The translations under genes and the position numbers were made by a program. A stretch of DNA of 64,000 bases from an uncultured virus (IMG/VR IMGVR_UViG_3300035654_000005) (taxonomy: Duplodnaviria; Heunggongvirae; Uroviricota; Caudoviricetes): the IMG/VR virus record IMGVR_UViG_3300035654_000005, one strand, 5' to 3'. Below are positions 1 to 10,288 of the stretch, piece by piece (the first letter of the stretch is position 1; each line of letters begins with the position of its first letter). Below the pieces are notes generated by a model. That model was not told where the DNA came from. It saw only the letters and a list, made by a program, of their open reading frames with translations, and ran no database searches.

Positions 1-48
1 AATCCAGAAGCAGCACAACCAGGACAAACGCCCCCAGTAGCGGCGTAA
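1..48 (+). CDS. 3' end of an upstream gene (NPEAAQPGQTPPVAA*), probably the portal protein by T4-like gene order
   Basis: Frame 1 is open to TAA at 46-48. It lies upstream of the prohead core/protease/scaffold/MCP block. The identity is inferred from position only. Confidence 0.3.
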   Translation, partial: NPEAAQPGQTPPVAA

Positions 49-93
49 TACACGAGATCGACGATATATTAGGCAAGCATTACGGTAGTGTGC

Positions 94-101
94 CATAAAT
101 A
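94..101 (+). promoter_or_regulatory. T4-type late promoter (CATAAATA)
   Basis: Matches the T4 late consensus TATAAATA at 7/8; intergenic, upstream of the ORF at 143. Confidence 0.6.
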
Positions 102-142
102 TCTGAATCATATACACTTAATATGTTTACAAAGGAAATATA

Positions 143-409
143 ATGGACAAAAAAATTGAAACTCCTCTACGTGGTTTCGTTGAAGCATACGCTACACAAA
201 ACACTGAAGAAGGCGATAAACTAATTCACGAATACATTTGCAAAAAATCACAAGCAATGTTGATGGGCGAATCAGAAGACGAAGGCGACGACGCTGAAGA
301 TGAAGCTGACAAAGACGATGCTGATAAAGATGACGCAGATAAAGATGACAAGTCTGATAAAAAAGACAGCAAGAAAGACAAAAAAGCTGATAAAGAAGAT
401 AAAGAGTAA
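143..409 (+). CDS. small acidic prohead core-like protein (gp67-like by position)
   Basis: AAGGA RBS, D/E/K-rich tail with DKDDA repeats, lies just before the prohead protease. Confidence 0.5.
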   Translation: MDKKIETPLRGFVEAYATQNTEEGDKLIHEYICKKSQAMLMGESEDEGDDAEDEADKDDADKDDADKDDKSDKKDSKKDKKADKEDKE

Positions 410-432
410 TCTTTAACTGATTTAAGGCTACT

Positions 433-460
433 AAAAAACCCAGCGAAAGCTGGGTTTTTT
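433..460 (+). terminator. intrinsic terminator
   Basis: AAAAAACCCAGC-GAAA-GCTGGGTTTTTT. Confidence 0.9.
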
Positions 461-469
461 ATTTAAACC

Positions 470-477
470 TATAAATA
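470..477 (+). promoter_or_regulatory. T4-type late promoter (TATAAATA)
   Basis: Exact consensus upstream of the protease gene. Confidence 0.75.
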
Positions 478-504
478 CCTGATCACAACAGGAAGGGCAC
501 AAAC

Positions 505-1143
505 ATGAAACACCAATTATTAGTAGAAGACTTACAACCTAACCAAGCTCGTATTGTTACTGAGTCATCTGCAGATGGTAAAACATTGTGGTTGAACGGT
601 ATTATGATGCAAGGTGTGGACGAAAATCGCAACCACCGCAAATATCCTTTGATCGAAATCGAAAACGCTGTACGCATTGCACAACAAAAAATTGCTGAAT
701 GTAATGGTATCTTTGGTGAACTAGATCACCCACAAACACTACAAATTAACATGGACCGCGTATCACATGCTATCACAGAAATGTGGATGGTTGGCAACAA
801 CGCTTATGGTAAAGCTAAGATCATCGAAAAAGCTCCAATGGGCCAAATCGCTAAAGCATTAATCGAATCTGGTGTACGTGTTGGTGTGTCAAGCCGTGGT
901 GCTGGTAATGTAAATGAATCTGGTGAAGTTTCAGGTTTCAATTTCATTACTGTAGATATCGTATGTACACCATCAGCTCAATTGGCAATGCCTGGTTCAG
1001 TATATGAATCATTGGAATTAGCTAAAAACGGTAAACAAATCTTAACACTAGCACAATCAGTTTGTGAAGATCCAGATGCTCAGAAGTATTTCAAGAAAGA
1101 AATCTTAGCATGGTTATCTACAGGAATTTACAAAAAACGATAA
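505..1143 (+). CDS. prohead core protease (T4 gp21-like)
   Basis: Motifs NRNHRKYP, GELDHP, VSHAI, GVSSRGAG and DIVCTPSA are typical of gp21. Confidence 0.93.
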   Translation: MKHQLLVEDLQPNQARIVTESSADGKTLWLNGIMMQGVDENRNHRKYPLIEIENAVRIAQQKIAECNGIFGELDHPQTLQINMDRVSHAITEMWMVGNNAYGKAKIIEKAPMGQIAKALIESGVRVGVSSRGAGNVNESGEVSGFNFITVDIVCTPSAQLAMPGSVYESLELAKNGKQILTLAQSVCEDPDAQKYFKKEILAWLSTGIYKKR

Positions 1144-1290
1144 TACGTTTTTTACCTTATCTCCTTGTAGAGACAGAAAAAACATTTTTTCATATCAAAA
1201 ACTAGAATTTTCAACCACCACGTGCACCCGCATGAAACGTAGAGTTAACAGCAAACACGCAAGTACTCTACGTTTATTTGCGATCCCCAC

Positions 1291-1298
1291 TATAAATA
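1291..1298 (+). promoter_or_regulatory. T4-type late promoter (TATAAATA)
   Basis: Exact consensus upstream of the scaffold/MCP operon. Confidence 0.75.
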
Positions 1299-1333
1299 TT
1301 ACTATCATTCCATAGACGCAAGGAGAACACACA

Positions 1334-2294
1334 ATGGAAAAATTGTTAAAGGACCTACTTGAAGCTGAAATTCTTACAACAGAAACAGCACAAGAGTTAC
1401 AAGAGNNNNNNNNNNTTACAAGAGTCCATCACCGCTCAACTTAACGAAGCGATTGAGGCAGCAAAGATTGAAGCTACAGCAATGGTTACAGCTCAATTAA
1501 ACGAACAATGGATTACAGAACGCGGTATCTTGATCGAAACAATCGATGAAAAAGTTACTGAAGTTCTTGAAGCAGAACTAGCAGAATTAAAAGAAGACGT
1601 TGAACGTTTCCGTGATCTTGAAGCTGAATACGCTGACAAGCTTGTTGAAGCAAAACACGAACTTGCTTTGAAATTGGAAGAAGACCTTGACCAATTGGTA
1701 CAACGTATCGATGCAGTTGTTGAGATCCGCCTTGCAGAAGAATTAACAGAATTAAAAACAGACATCCAAGAATCACGCAATCAAGCATTTGGTAAAAAAG
1801 TATTCGAAGCATTTGTTAATGAATTTAAAACATTCTACACAACAGATGATTCAATCGAATCTAAATTGTCTGAAACAGAAACACAGTTGGCTGAAGCGAT
1901 GGAAGCACTTGCTGCTTCTGAAACAGAAAAAGCTAGCATGGTAAGAACACAAAAAATGCGTCAAGTACTAGAGCCATTATCTGGCCGTACACGTGAAGTG
2001 ATGGAAGCAGTATTACATAGCATCGATACACCGCTATTAGAAAGTGCTTACAACACATACATTGGCCGTATTTTAAAAGAATCATCAGTAGATGACAACT
2101 CAGAGAAGGAAACTAAAGTACTTGCTGAGAATGACGAATCGAAAGATTCAGTAGTAGGTATTGTAAAAGATGGTAACGACTCAACACAATTAGCTGAATC
2201 GCAAGATTTAGACAAACGTGAAGAACCAGTTTCAACTTCATCAATATCAGTTGAAGAACGTGCACGTCTTCGTAGACTTGCAGGTATTCCTTAA
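1334..2294 (+). CDS. prohead scaffold/core protein (T4 gp22-like); true start ATG 1334, frame broken by the N-gap
   Basis: AGGAG RBS then MEKLLKDLLEAEILT; TTACAAGAG is duplicated on both sides of the gap at 1406-1415; long acidic coiled coil between protease and MCP. Confidence 0.82.
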
Positions 2295-2346
2295 CTAACA
2301 AAATTTTAACAAGTAAGTACTTTACATTAAACAAAAAGGAAACGAA

Positions 2347-3789
2347 ATGAACGATTTATTCGAAAATTGGTCAGAGGTTAAGGAAGCCCTATTGGACGGC
2401 CTAGCTAAAGACAAAGCAGCTCTAGTTGGCACATTGATGGAAAACCAAAAGAATCATATCTTGACAGAAACTGCTGCGGCTGGTTCAGTTAGTGCTAATG
2501 ATATCGCTGGCTTCCGTAAAATTATGATCCCTATGATCCGTCGTATCATCCCTGGTACAATGGCAACTGAACTTGTTGGTGTACAACCAATGACAGGTCC
2601 AGTAGGTTTGGTTTACACTATGCGTTATCGCTACGGTGAATCAGTTACAATCCCTGGTGCTGGTACTGCTGGCAACCCATGGACTGCAAACGGTTCAGAA
2701 GGCCAAATCGCAGCAAACCAAGAGTTATTTGGTAACAACCCAGTATTGCGTCAGTTCTACTCAGGTGCAGCTGGTGCAGCAGTAGGTGACGGTGGTGCAG
2801 CTCAACCAGCTGGTGCTTCTGGTATTACAAACGCAGCAGGCGACGAAGCTGACATCCAAGGAAACGCATCACGCGGTTCATGGCCATCAAGCTTGCCAGC
2901 TTACAACTCATCATTGTTTGGTCCATATCCATCATCAGGTACAGATGCGATCGGTCAACGCAATGCAGGTCGTTTGTACGGTGGTTCTGGTTCATTCATT
3001 GAAGGTTCAGGTGGTCGTTCAGTTAAACTTGAAGTTGTATCTCAAGCGGTTGAAGCTGGTTCACGTAAACTTCAAGCAGGTTGGACAATCGAAGCTATGC
3101 AAGATTTAAAATCACAACACGGTTTGGACCTTGAGTCTGAATTAACACAAGTAATCTCAGCAGAAATCGTTCAAGAAATTGACTCTGAAATCTTGTCTGA
3201 CTTGATTGCTTTGGCAGGTACAGTTGGTGTTTATGACTACGCAACAATCGGTCTAGGCCCACAATACCAACCAGCATACTTAGGTGATCGTTTTGCAAAC
3301 CTAGGTGTTATCATCAACGCGGTTGCGAACGAAATTGCTCGTAAAACTCGCCGTGGTGCAGCTAACTGGATCGTTGTATCACCAATGGTGGTTTCAATTC
3401 TTCAATCAGCTTCAAAATCAGTATTCGCTCCTGCGGTTGCTGGTTCATTCAAAGGTCCTAACAACTCAATGTTAGTAGGTACTTTGAACGGTACTATCAA
3501 AGTGTACAGCTACTTGTGGAATCAAGTATCAGGTCTTGCTGCTGCTACTAACGATGTGGTCTTAATCGGCTACAAAGGCGGTAACGGTGAAACTGATACA
3601 GGTTATTTCTACTGCCCATACATTCCGTTGATGTCTAGCGGTACTGTTATGAACCCAGTAACAATGCAACCAGTTGTATCAATGATGACACGTTATGGTA
3701 AAACAGCGTTCACACAATCTGAAACATCTCTAGGTAACTCTAGCGATTACTACGGTAAAATCAACGTATCAAACTTCCAGTTTGCTTAA
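2347..3789 (+). CDS. major capsid protein (T4 gp23-like)
   Basis: LVGVQPMTGPVGLVYTMRYRY, SRKLQAGWTIEAMQDL, GYFYCPYIPL, MMTRYG; strong codon bias; followed by a terminator. Confidence 0.96.
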   Translation: MNDLFENWSEVKEALLDGLAKDKAALVGTLMENQKNHILTETAAAGSVSANDIAGFRKIMIPMIRRIIPGTMATELVGVQPMTGPVGLVYTMRYRYGESVTIPGAGTAGNPWTANGSEGQIAANQELFGNNPVLRQFYSGAAGAAVGDGGAAQPAGASGITNAAGDEADIQGNASRGSWPSSLPAYNSSLFGPYPSSGTDAIGQRNAGRLYGGSGSFIEGSGGRSVKLEVVSQAVEAGSRKLQAGWTIEAMQDLKSQHGLDLESELTQVISAEIVQEIDSEILSDLIALAGTVGVYDYATIGLGPQYQPAYLGDRFANLGVIINAVANEIARKTRRGAANWIVVSPMVVSILQSASKSVFAPAVAGSFKGPNNSMLVGTLNGTIKVYSYLWNQVSGLAAATNDVVLIGYKGGNGETDTGYFYCPYIPLMSSGTVMNPVTMQPVVSMMTRYGKTAFTQSETSLGNSSDYYGKINVSNFQFA

Positions 3790-3810
3790 TTGATCGTTAG
3801 TTAAGATTAC

Positions 3811-3837
3811 AAAAAGCCATCTTCGGATGGCTTTTTT
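3811..3837 (+). terminator. intrinsic terminator
   Basis: AAAAAGCCATC-TTCG-GATGGCTTTTTT (UUCG loop). Confidence 0.92.
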
Positions 3838-3894
3838 ATTGTCTATCGTCTGAAATCTCAATAAATACATCTAAATGACTTTTCAAGGTAACAC

Positions 3895-4383
3895 ATGAGC
3901 ATTCTCAAACAAGTATCCCGTCTGTCTGAAACGTATGATAGGACTAACACATCTGACTTCTTAACACATGACGATTGTACGTCTATTGTTTCTCAAGCTA
4001 TGACGGAGTCAGCTAAACTAGATACGCTAATGAACATTGCTATCGTCGATCACACAGGTAACTTAGCTATGTTTTATAAGATGCCTGGAGCATGGGAAGG
4101 CTCCGTAGAAATCGCCCAGTCTAAAGCCTACACAGCATTTGCGTTCAGTGGCGACAAAGACAAACAAGGTGCATTATCTACAGAAGAGTTAGGCAAGTTA
4201 TCACAACCAGGACAGCCGTTATTTGGCATTCAAAATACTAATGCAGATAAAGGTGTTGTAATATTCGGCGGTGGTATTCCAGTATATAAGAACAACAAGT
4301 TAGTCGGTGCTGTAGGCATCAGTGGCTCAACTGTACCAAATGATGTTAAAGTTTGCACCGCAGCTACCAAAGGGTTCGTATAA
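3895..4383 (+). CDS. GlcG/HbpS-family (DUF336) haem-binding protein
   Basis: NIAIVDHTGNL, SVEIAQSKAYTA, VIFGGGIPVY, LVGAVGISGSTVPNDVKVC; late-like motif AATAAATA at 3860-3867. Confidence 0.88.
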   Translation: MSILKQVSRLSETYDRTNTSDFLTHDDCTSIVSQAMTESAKLDTLMNIAIVDHTGNLAMFYKMPGAWEGSVEIAQSKAYTAFAFSGDKDKQGALSTEELGKLSQPGQPLFGIQNTNADKGVVIFGGGIPVYKNNKLVGAVGISGSTVPNDVKVCTAATKGFV

Positions 4384-4384
4384 T

Positions 4385-4741
4385 ATGCAAGCACTTTCAC
4401 TTAAAGAGTATATGGATAGTAAGCGTCAACTGTTAAAAGCAACAGAGAACGTACCAATTACTATCATCGAATACGAAATAAAAAAATATTGCACTTTAAG
4501 TGTTGGTGAAAGCAATGATTCATCCACTACCATTCCTCTCAAACCAAAACAAAAGGTCTTAGTTGAGTGGATATACACCAATCCATCTGCACCAACACCA
4601 AACAAAATCACCATAGTCGACAAAGAAACACAAGAGCCTATAGACGAGCAAGACATCTACTGGACAGAGGTTAAAATGAACAAGTGGTTAACCCGACATG
4701 CCAAAGCTGGAAAAAACAGCGGACATAACATTAAAAAGTAG
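4385..4741 (+). CDS. hypothetical protein
   Basis: ATG right after the stop of the previous gene; open frame. Confidence 0.7.
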   Translation: MQALSLKEYMDSKRQLLKATENVPITIIEYEIKKYCTLSVGESNDSSTTIPLKPKQKVLVEWIYTNPSAPTPNKITIVDKETQEPIDEQDIYWTEVKMNKWLTRHAKAGKNSGHNIKK

Positions 4742-4770
4742 TTGACCAGAAAAAAGGTAATGTATACTAT
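4742..4770 (+). promoter_or_regulatory. sigma70-like (early/middle) promoter
   Basis: TTGACC-17 nt-TACTAT upstream of the ORF at 4806. Confidence 0.55.
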
Positions 4771-4805
4771 CTCGGTTTTAACACTAACAGGGACGGAACA
4801 CTACC

Positions 4806-5366
4806 ATGACGCAAGCAGCAATCGACTTTTCAAAATTTCAATCAGGCATTCGCACGTTTGTTAAATTGACTGGGTTGAAAGAAGATCCTCTGGAACATAA
4901 ATGGATTCGAGACGAGTTTGATGTGGTTGATGCACTTTCATCTATTCCATACTTCGTGAAACAATCTGCTCGTATGGTGGGTAAAACAATGTATTCAAAA
5001 CGCCCGTATGATTACATCGAAGACGTTACTAAAGATGTAGAAGAATTCTTAATCGTTGGTAAAGATCCAGTAAGCACCGCATTACTCAAGAAGAAAAACT
5101 TGATGATGTATCACATGACAGTTCGCCCGATCCTAGATATTCTAAGCCAACTCCCTGATCAAAAGACATCTATCCAATACGTAGATATGATTGTTGAATC
5201 TGCAATCAATCAAGTAATGTCGCACGAAGTTACTACATCATACGAAGATGGCATGGTTGCCAAAATGCAAGTTCGTAAAATTATCGAAGCTCGGACTGAG
5301 TTAGCCAAAGCTAACAAGCATAAACGCGCGAAGAAACCAAAAGCAGATGTTGAATTAATGAGTTAA
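4806..5366 (+). CDS. hypothetical protein
   Basis: 186-aa ORF with an RBS-like purine tract and a basic C-terminus. Confidence 0.7.
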   Translation: MTQAAIDFSKFQSGIRTFVKLTGLKEDPLEHKWIRDEFDVVDALSSIPYFVKQSARMVGKTMYSKRPYDYIEDVTKDVEEFLIVGKDPVSTALLKKKNLMMYHMTVRPILDILSQLPDQKTSIQYVDMIVESAINQVMSHEVTTSYEDGMVAKMQVRKIIEARTELAKANKHKRAKKPKADVELMS

Positions 5367-5421
5367 ATAAAATGTATTAGCGTCAAATGGGATAAATATC
5401 CATACACAATATGGAGATTAC

Positions 5422-8380
5422 ATGAGCTCGTTTGACATTCGTCCAGATGCACCTGGTTTATTGCGTGCAGAATCATTAAATACTACGATTAAGTTTGATC
5501 GCACCAGCGATACAACAGCTCGCGTTAGTTGGAACATTCCAGTTCCTGCTGCAGGTTGTGCTGCTGGTGATCAAGCCTATTGTGGTATGTTGGTCACATT
5601 AGACACCAAACCAGCTACTGCCTCTTCGTCTCCAGTAAATGGACAGATGTATTCGAGCGATCCAACCGGATCTACAAACCTACACGCAGGTGACAAATTA
5701 AATGCTGCTTTAGTGGTTGGTGCGTTCTATGGTGATCGTGAAACAACGTTTTTTGACATCACAGGTTTAAGTCCTAATACTGCGTACTATGTATCAGGCT
5801 ATCCAACTGACTGCCAATTCAGATATTTTAGAGAAGGCATCCACGCTTACTCATTGGATTTAAAAAGCAACGGAACCGCTTGCACATCTAGCACACAGCA
5901 CGTAGCGTTAAACGTAAATCTAAACCCAAGTGGAGTTAATTTAACAGACTCGACCACATTGGATAGCTTAGCTCAATACGATTTCTCTATTCAGCTTGGC
6001 GTTGTACCGAGAGAAAATCGTCCTCTTGGTGTTGATGAATGTGTAATCGAACCACCTAAATTTACCGTTGTGGTTGATGGTGCCAACTCTCAGACATACG
6101 GTGATTTGATTGATGAAATAAACAAACAGCTAAGTTTGATTGATTCTCCAATCATTTCTCCAACAGCTCCATACACCAATACATACGTTTTACGCGGTAA
6201 TCCACGTAAGCTATACATATGGAATGGCTATACACACGAAGAATTGCCGTTTATTGACCAAGCAACTGCTCCTAACATCGTCAACTTAAATGCGTTGTGG
6301 CTTGATTCAGATACANNNNNNNNNNAAGCAAATGGAACGGTACAGCTTGGGTTCAAACGAACTACGTTGCGTTTGCTACAGATCCAACGTTGCCGATTTG
6401 TAATGATTCCGTTTGGTTAAATGGATCTAATGGCTATGAGTGGAATGGTACGACATGGTGTGAATTGGTTACATATTCACAAGCTACTGATCCGTCTCTA
6501 GTTAATATTGAATGTGGATCATTCTGGTTTAACTCAAATACAAACTACCTATACTCATGGAACGAAAATACACACGGATGGGTGTCGATTGATGCTATTC
6601 AAAGCACAATCGATCCATCAGCATTGCCACAAGGTTCGTACTGGTACAATGAAACAACACGTTTGCTGCAAATTCGTGGTGCTTTGAATACGTGGTCAAC
6701 GGTTCCTAACGTCAAATACACAGAACTAGAGCCAACTACGCCTATGACTGGTACAGTATGGTATAATCCTACTGACAACATTTTACAGATTCGCAATCTA
6801 CTAAACACAGGTTGGGATACGTTCGAAGCGANNNNNNNNNNATTGCATACCCAACGGATCCAACATCGATTGATAGTTGTGAATTTTGGTGGAAAGATGA
6901 CGGAAGTGTATCTGAATTGTACGTTTGGAGTGTAACTACATCAGCTTGGGTATTGGTAACAAAATTCTACAATCAAGCAATTGATCCAGCTTTACCGCCG
7001 ACTATTCCACAACACAGCCTGTGGATAGATACTGATAATGACATAGTGTATCAATATGATAACGCCTGCTTTACACCAATTACTCCAATCATCTCAACAG
7101 TTGATCCAACGTTATTGCCAAACGGCACCAACTGGTACAACACAACCACATCTCTACTTTATGTACGAGTGCTTGGTGTGTGGCAGTTGGCTAATCCTAT
7201 CCTATCAGCTAATGACCCAACTATGTTACCGGTTGGTACATTTTGGTACAATGCATCCGCCACTTCACTATCTATGTGGAATGGTGCTTCGTGGGTTGCA
7301 ATCGGCTTCACTACGAACTTTATTAATCCATCTACTGGATTGTTGTGGTATAACACTACAACAGATCAATTGTTATCGTGGAATGGTACATCGTATGATT
7401 TAGCAACACCACGTGCAACAGTTGAATTAAATTGTAATAACCAATTATTATTCACTGACAAAACATGTGGTTCGTTATCATTTATCCGTATCACCGACGG
7501 TAACTTGTTCAGCTCACTGAATGTTCCGTTCTCGATTGGATTAACCACACCTGGTTCCGACGGTGTATCGGATCTTCCATCGTACGTTGAAGAAGGTATT
7601 GGCACAGATGGTTCTGGTGACGAGCGCTTACAATTAGCGAATGAAATTAGATATGCATTGGGATATCCAAGCGTTGATGTTGAATTAACGCCAGAGCAAA
7701 TAGATCTTGCCATCACCATGGCAATATCAGAACTACGTATGAAGAGCAGTATTGCGTACAAACGTGCGTTCTTCTTCATGAGAACAATCGGTAATGAACA
7801 ACGTTACTTCTTGACGAATAAAATTTCAGGAATGCACAAAATTGTAACAGTTATGGGTGTAACGCGATTGACTTCATCGTTCCTATCATCAGCACATGGT
7901 GCAGGTGTGTACGGACAAATCATCTTACAACAATTGTACAACATGGGTAACTTCGACATTTTGACGTATCATCTTCAAGCTGAATACGTTAAGACGCTTG
8001 AAATTATGTTTGCAGGCCGTGTAACATTTACGTGGAATGAACATACCCGTGAATTGTTCATGCACAACAGAATGCCGTTTGCTGAACGCGTAGTTCTACT
8101 TGAAACAATGGTAGAACGCACAGAACAAGACTTAATCAACGACCGCTGGACTAAAGAGTGGGTTCGTCGCTTCGCTACAGCTAAATGTAAGGAGATGTTG
8201 TCACAAGTTCGTGGTAAGTTCTCTACATTACCAGGTGCAGGTGGTTCTGTATCATTGAATGCAAGTGATTTAATGACACAAGCTACGGAAGAAATTAGAA
8301 TTTGCCACGAAGAAATTGAAGATTTTGTTGTTGACCGTCCAGAAGAGTTGGGTTACACAACATCATTCGTATTTGGTTAA
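5422..8380 (+). CDS. neck protein (T4 gp13-like) with a long N-terminal repeat extension; one gene broken by two N-gaps
   Basis: C-terminal part has YALGYPSVDVELTPEQIDLAI, WVRRFATAKCKEML, RGKFSTLPGAGGSVSLNASDL (gp13 motifs). ORFs 5422, 6390 and 6812 join across gaps 6316-6325 and 6832-6841. Late motif GATAAATA at 5391-5398. Confidence 0.8.
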
Positions 8381-8446
8381 TAATACACCACGTACCTAAC
8401 CACCATACATAAATACTCAACATACATTTTGAAATAAGGATATAGA

Positions 8447-10213
8447 ATGACAACTCCAACATGGGTAACCGACGAAAACATTAAATTTGATGGCGAACTT
8501 ACACCAGCAGCCGTATTTGATGTTACAGATAACGTGCGAACATTAGTAGTATGGGATGACCTTCCAGGACCAGACCAATCAGCGCTTGTCAACTTGGTTG
8601 ATAGCTTTGGTGGTACAATTCCTCTGGCAGCGCCATATACTGCTACGCAAACCATTGGTCTTCGTCCAAAAACAATTGGCGCTACGTCTACAGGTCTTGA
8701 TGCAACATCCACTACGACAGCTGGTAAAGCAACAATTGACTTGGGTGCTTCTAAAGCTGGTGGCGATCCATCTGGATTATCATCATCACTTGGTACATCA
8801 GGATACGCTGTAGCAAATCTACAACCAGGTGTTACAGGCGCTACTAACCTAGGGTTAACTGCTCCAATCCAAGGTAAACAAACATTGAACTATGGTGGTT
8901 TAGCATTAGGTGCTTCTGCTACAGGTCTAGCAAACACTGCAACTGCATATACAATGACAGTGACGGTAGATGGGGTTGCTAAACCGATTTCTGTAGTTGG
9001 TTCCGCAGCTCAAACATTTACTGCTCTAGTTGCAGAAATTAACGTCGACTTGGGTGCATCTGCGACAGCAGCAATTGTATCTGGTAACATTGTGATCACT
9101 AGCGCTACATACGGTACGTCATCGACGGTAACAACAGTTGATGGTACATTGCTAGCAGCAACTACAGGTTTCGTATCAATCGCAGCTCCAGTAAATGGTT
9201 CAGGTACAACTTCATATACAGCTTCAGTATCAATCGACGGCGTTGCATATCCACTAACAGTAAACCCACTAACAGTAACAACATTTACACAATTGTTAGC
9301 ATACATTAATGGTGTAATTACTACAAATGGTACCGCTTCAATTTCTAATGGTGATGTTCGTATTACCAGCGCTTCGTTTGGTATCTTATCAAAAGTTCGC
9401 ATTACTCCAGGTACTTTATTCCCAGCACTTGTTGGATACACAAATATCATTCCTCCAGCAGATGGTGGTGGTGTTAATCGTGCATATTCAGCAACTGTTA
9501 CAATTGATGGTACAATTATCAAAACAGTATCATTCCAAGGTAAAGATGCTACAACACTAACAGCAGTATTGTCGCAAATCAACACAGATTTAGCTGGAAC
9601 AGCAACAGCGGCGATTGCAGGTGGTGATGTTGTTATCACAAGCGCAACAACAGGCATAAATTCATCTGTGTCGATTTCTGATTCAGGTTTCTTGTTTGCT
9701 TCACTAACAGGATATACAGGCATCTCATACACAGCTGGTTCTGCACCTGTTACGTATACAGCTTCTGTAACAGTAACACGTGATGGTGTACCAACAACAA
9801 CACCAGTATCACTAACAGGCAACAACGCACAAACATTTACTACATTGGTGAGTGTGTTGAATGCACAATTGGGATCAGCAAACATTCAGGCAGCATTGTC
9901 TGGTTCCTCGATTGTGGTTACAGCAAGCAATCTTGCTAGCAACACAGTAAAGATTTCAATCAATGGCGGAACACTATTGCCAGCGATCGATTTGGTAGAT
10001 GGTTTGTCAGTACCAACACCACTAGTCCATTCTTTCTTAGAAGTGTTAGCGTTGGTTAAGACAGCAAATGGTTCATCTTTCTTGTCAACATTACCAATCA
10101 GACGTGTTGGTTTGAAACCATCAGTTCCTCCATATGTTAAACACACACTAGACTTTGTGTACTTCAACGGAACTGATTATGTATACTTGGATGACGACAC
10201 ACCTGTCAACTAA
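8447..10213 (+). CDS. virion structural protein with about four internal repeats
   Basis: T/G/A/S-rich; repeated YTASVTIDG...AQTFTxLVxxINxxL...GxIVITSAT; late motif CATAAATA at 8408-8415. Confidence 0.7.
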   Translation: MTTPTWVTDENIKFDGELTPAAVFDVTDNVRTLVVWDDLPGPDQSALVNLVDSFGGTIPLAAPYTATQTIGLRPKTIGATSTGLDATSTTTAGKATIDLGASKAGGDPSGLSSSLGTSGYAVANLQPGVTGATNLGLTAPIQGKQTLNYGGLALGASATGLANTATAYTMTVTVDGVAKPISVVGSAAQTFTALVAEINVDLGASATAAIVSGNIVITSATYGTSSTVTTVDGTLLAATTGFVSIAAPVNGSGTTSYTASVSIDGVAYPLTVNPLTVTTFTQLLAYINGVITTNGTASISNGDVRITSASFGILSKVRITPGTLFPALVGYTNIIPPADGGGVNRAYSATVTIDGTIIKTVSFQGKDATTLTAVLSQINTDLAGTATAAIAGGDVVITSATTGINSSVSISDSGFLFASLTGYTGISYTAGSAPVTYTASVTVTRDGVPTTTPVSLTGNNAQTFTTLVSVLNAQLGSANIQAALSGSSIVVTASNLASNTVKISINGGTLLPAIDLVDGLSVPTPLVHSFLEVLALVKTANGSSFLSTLPIRRVGLKPSVPPYVKHTLDFVYFNGTDYVYLDDDTPVN

Positions 10214-10288
10214 GTACGTATCGTTATAAGTAATCAATAAATACATCCACAATATTGTGGATGTTTTTATTTCCACTGTGAGAATTTA

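Noticed and set aside
295..406. Short tandem repeats (GATAAAGATGAC-like)
   Set aside because: They encode the low-complexity DKDDA tail; no spacer structure, not a CRISPR array
1406..1415. Apparent frameshift at the start of the scaffold gene
   Set aside because: 10-N scaffold gap with TTACAAGAG duplicated on both sides; an assembly artefact, not programmed frameshifting or a pseudogene
6316..6841. gp13 region appearing as three separate ORFs
   Set aside because: The frame changes coincide with two 10-N gaps and the repeat pattern continues across them
9010..9885. 291-aa antisense ORF, and many similar shadow ORFs over structural genes
   Set aside because: They mirror codon-biased Thr/Ala/Gly/Val-rich sense genes, with no RBS, promoter or recognisable motifs
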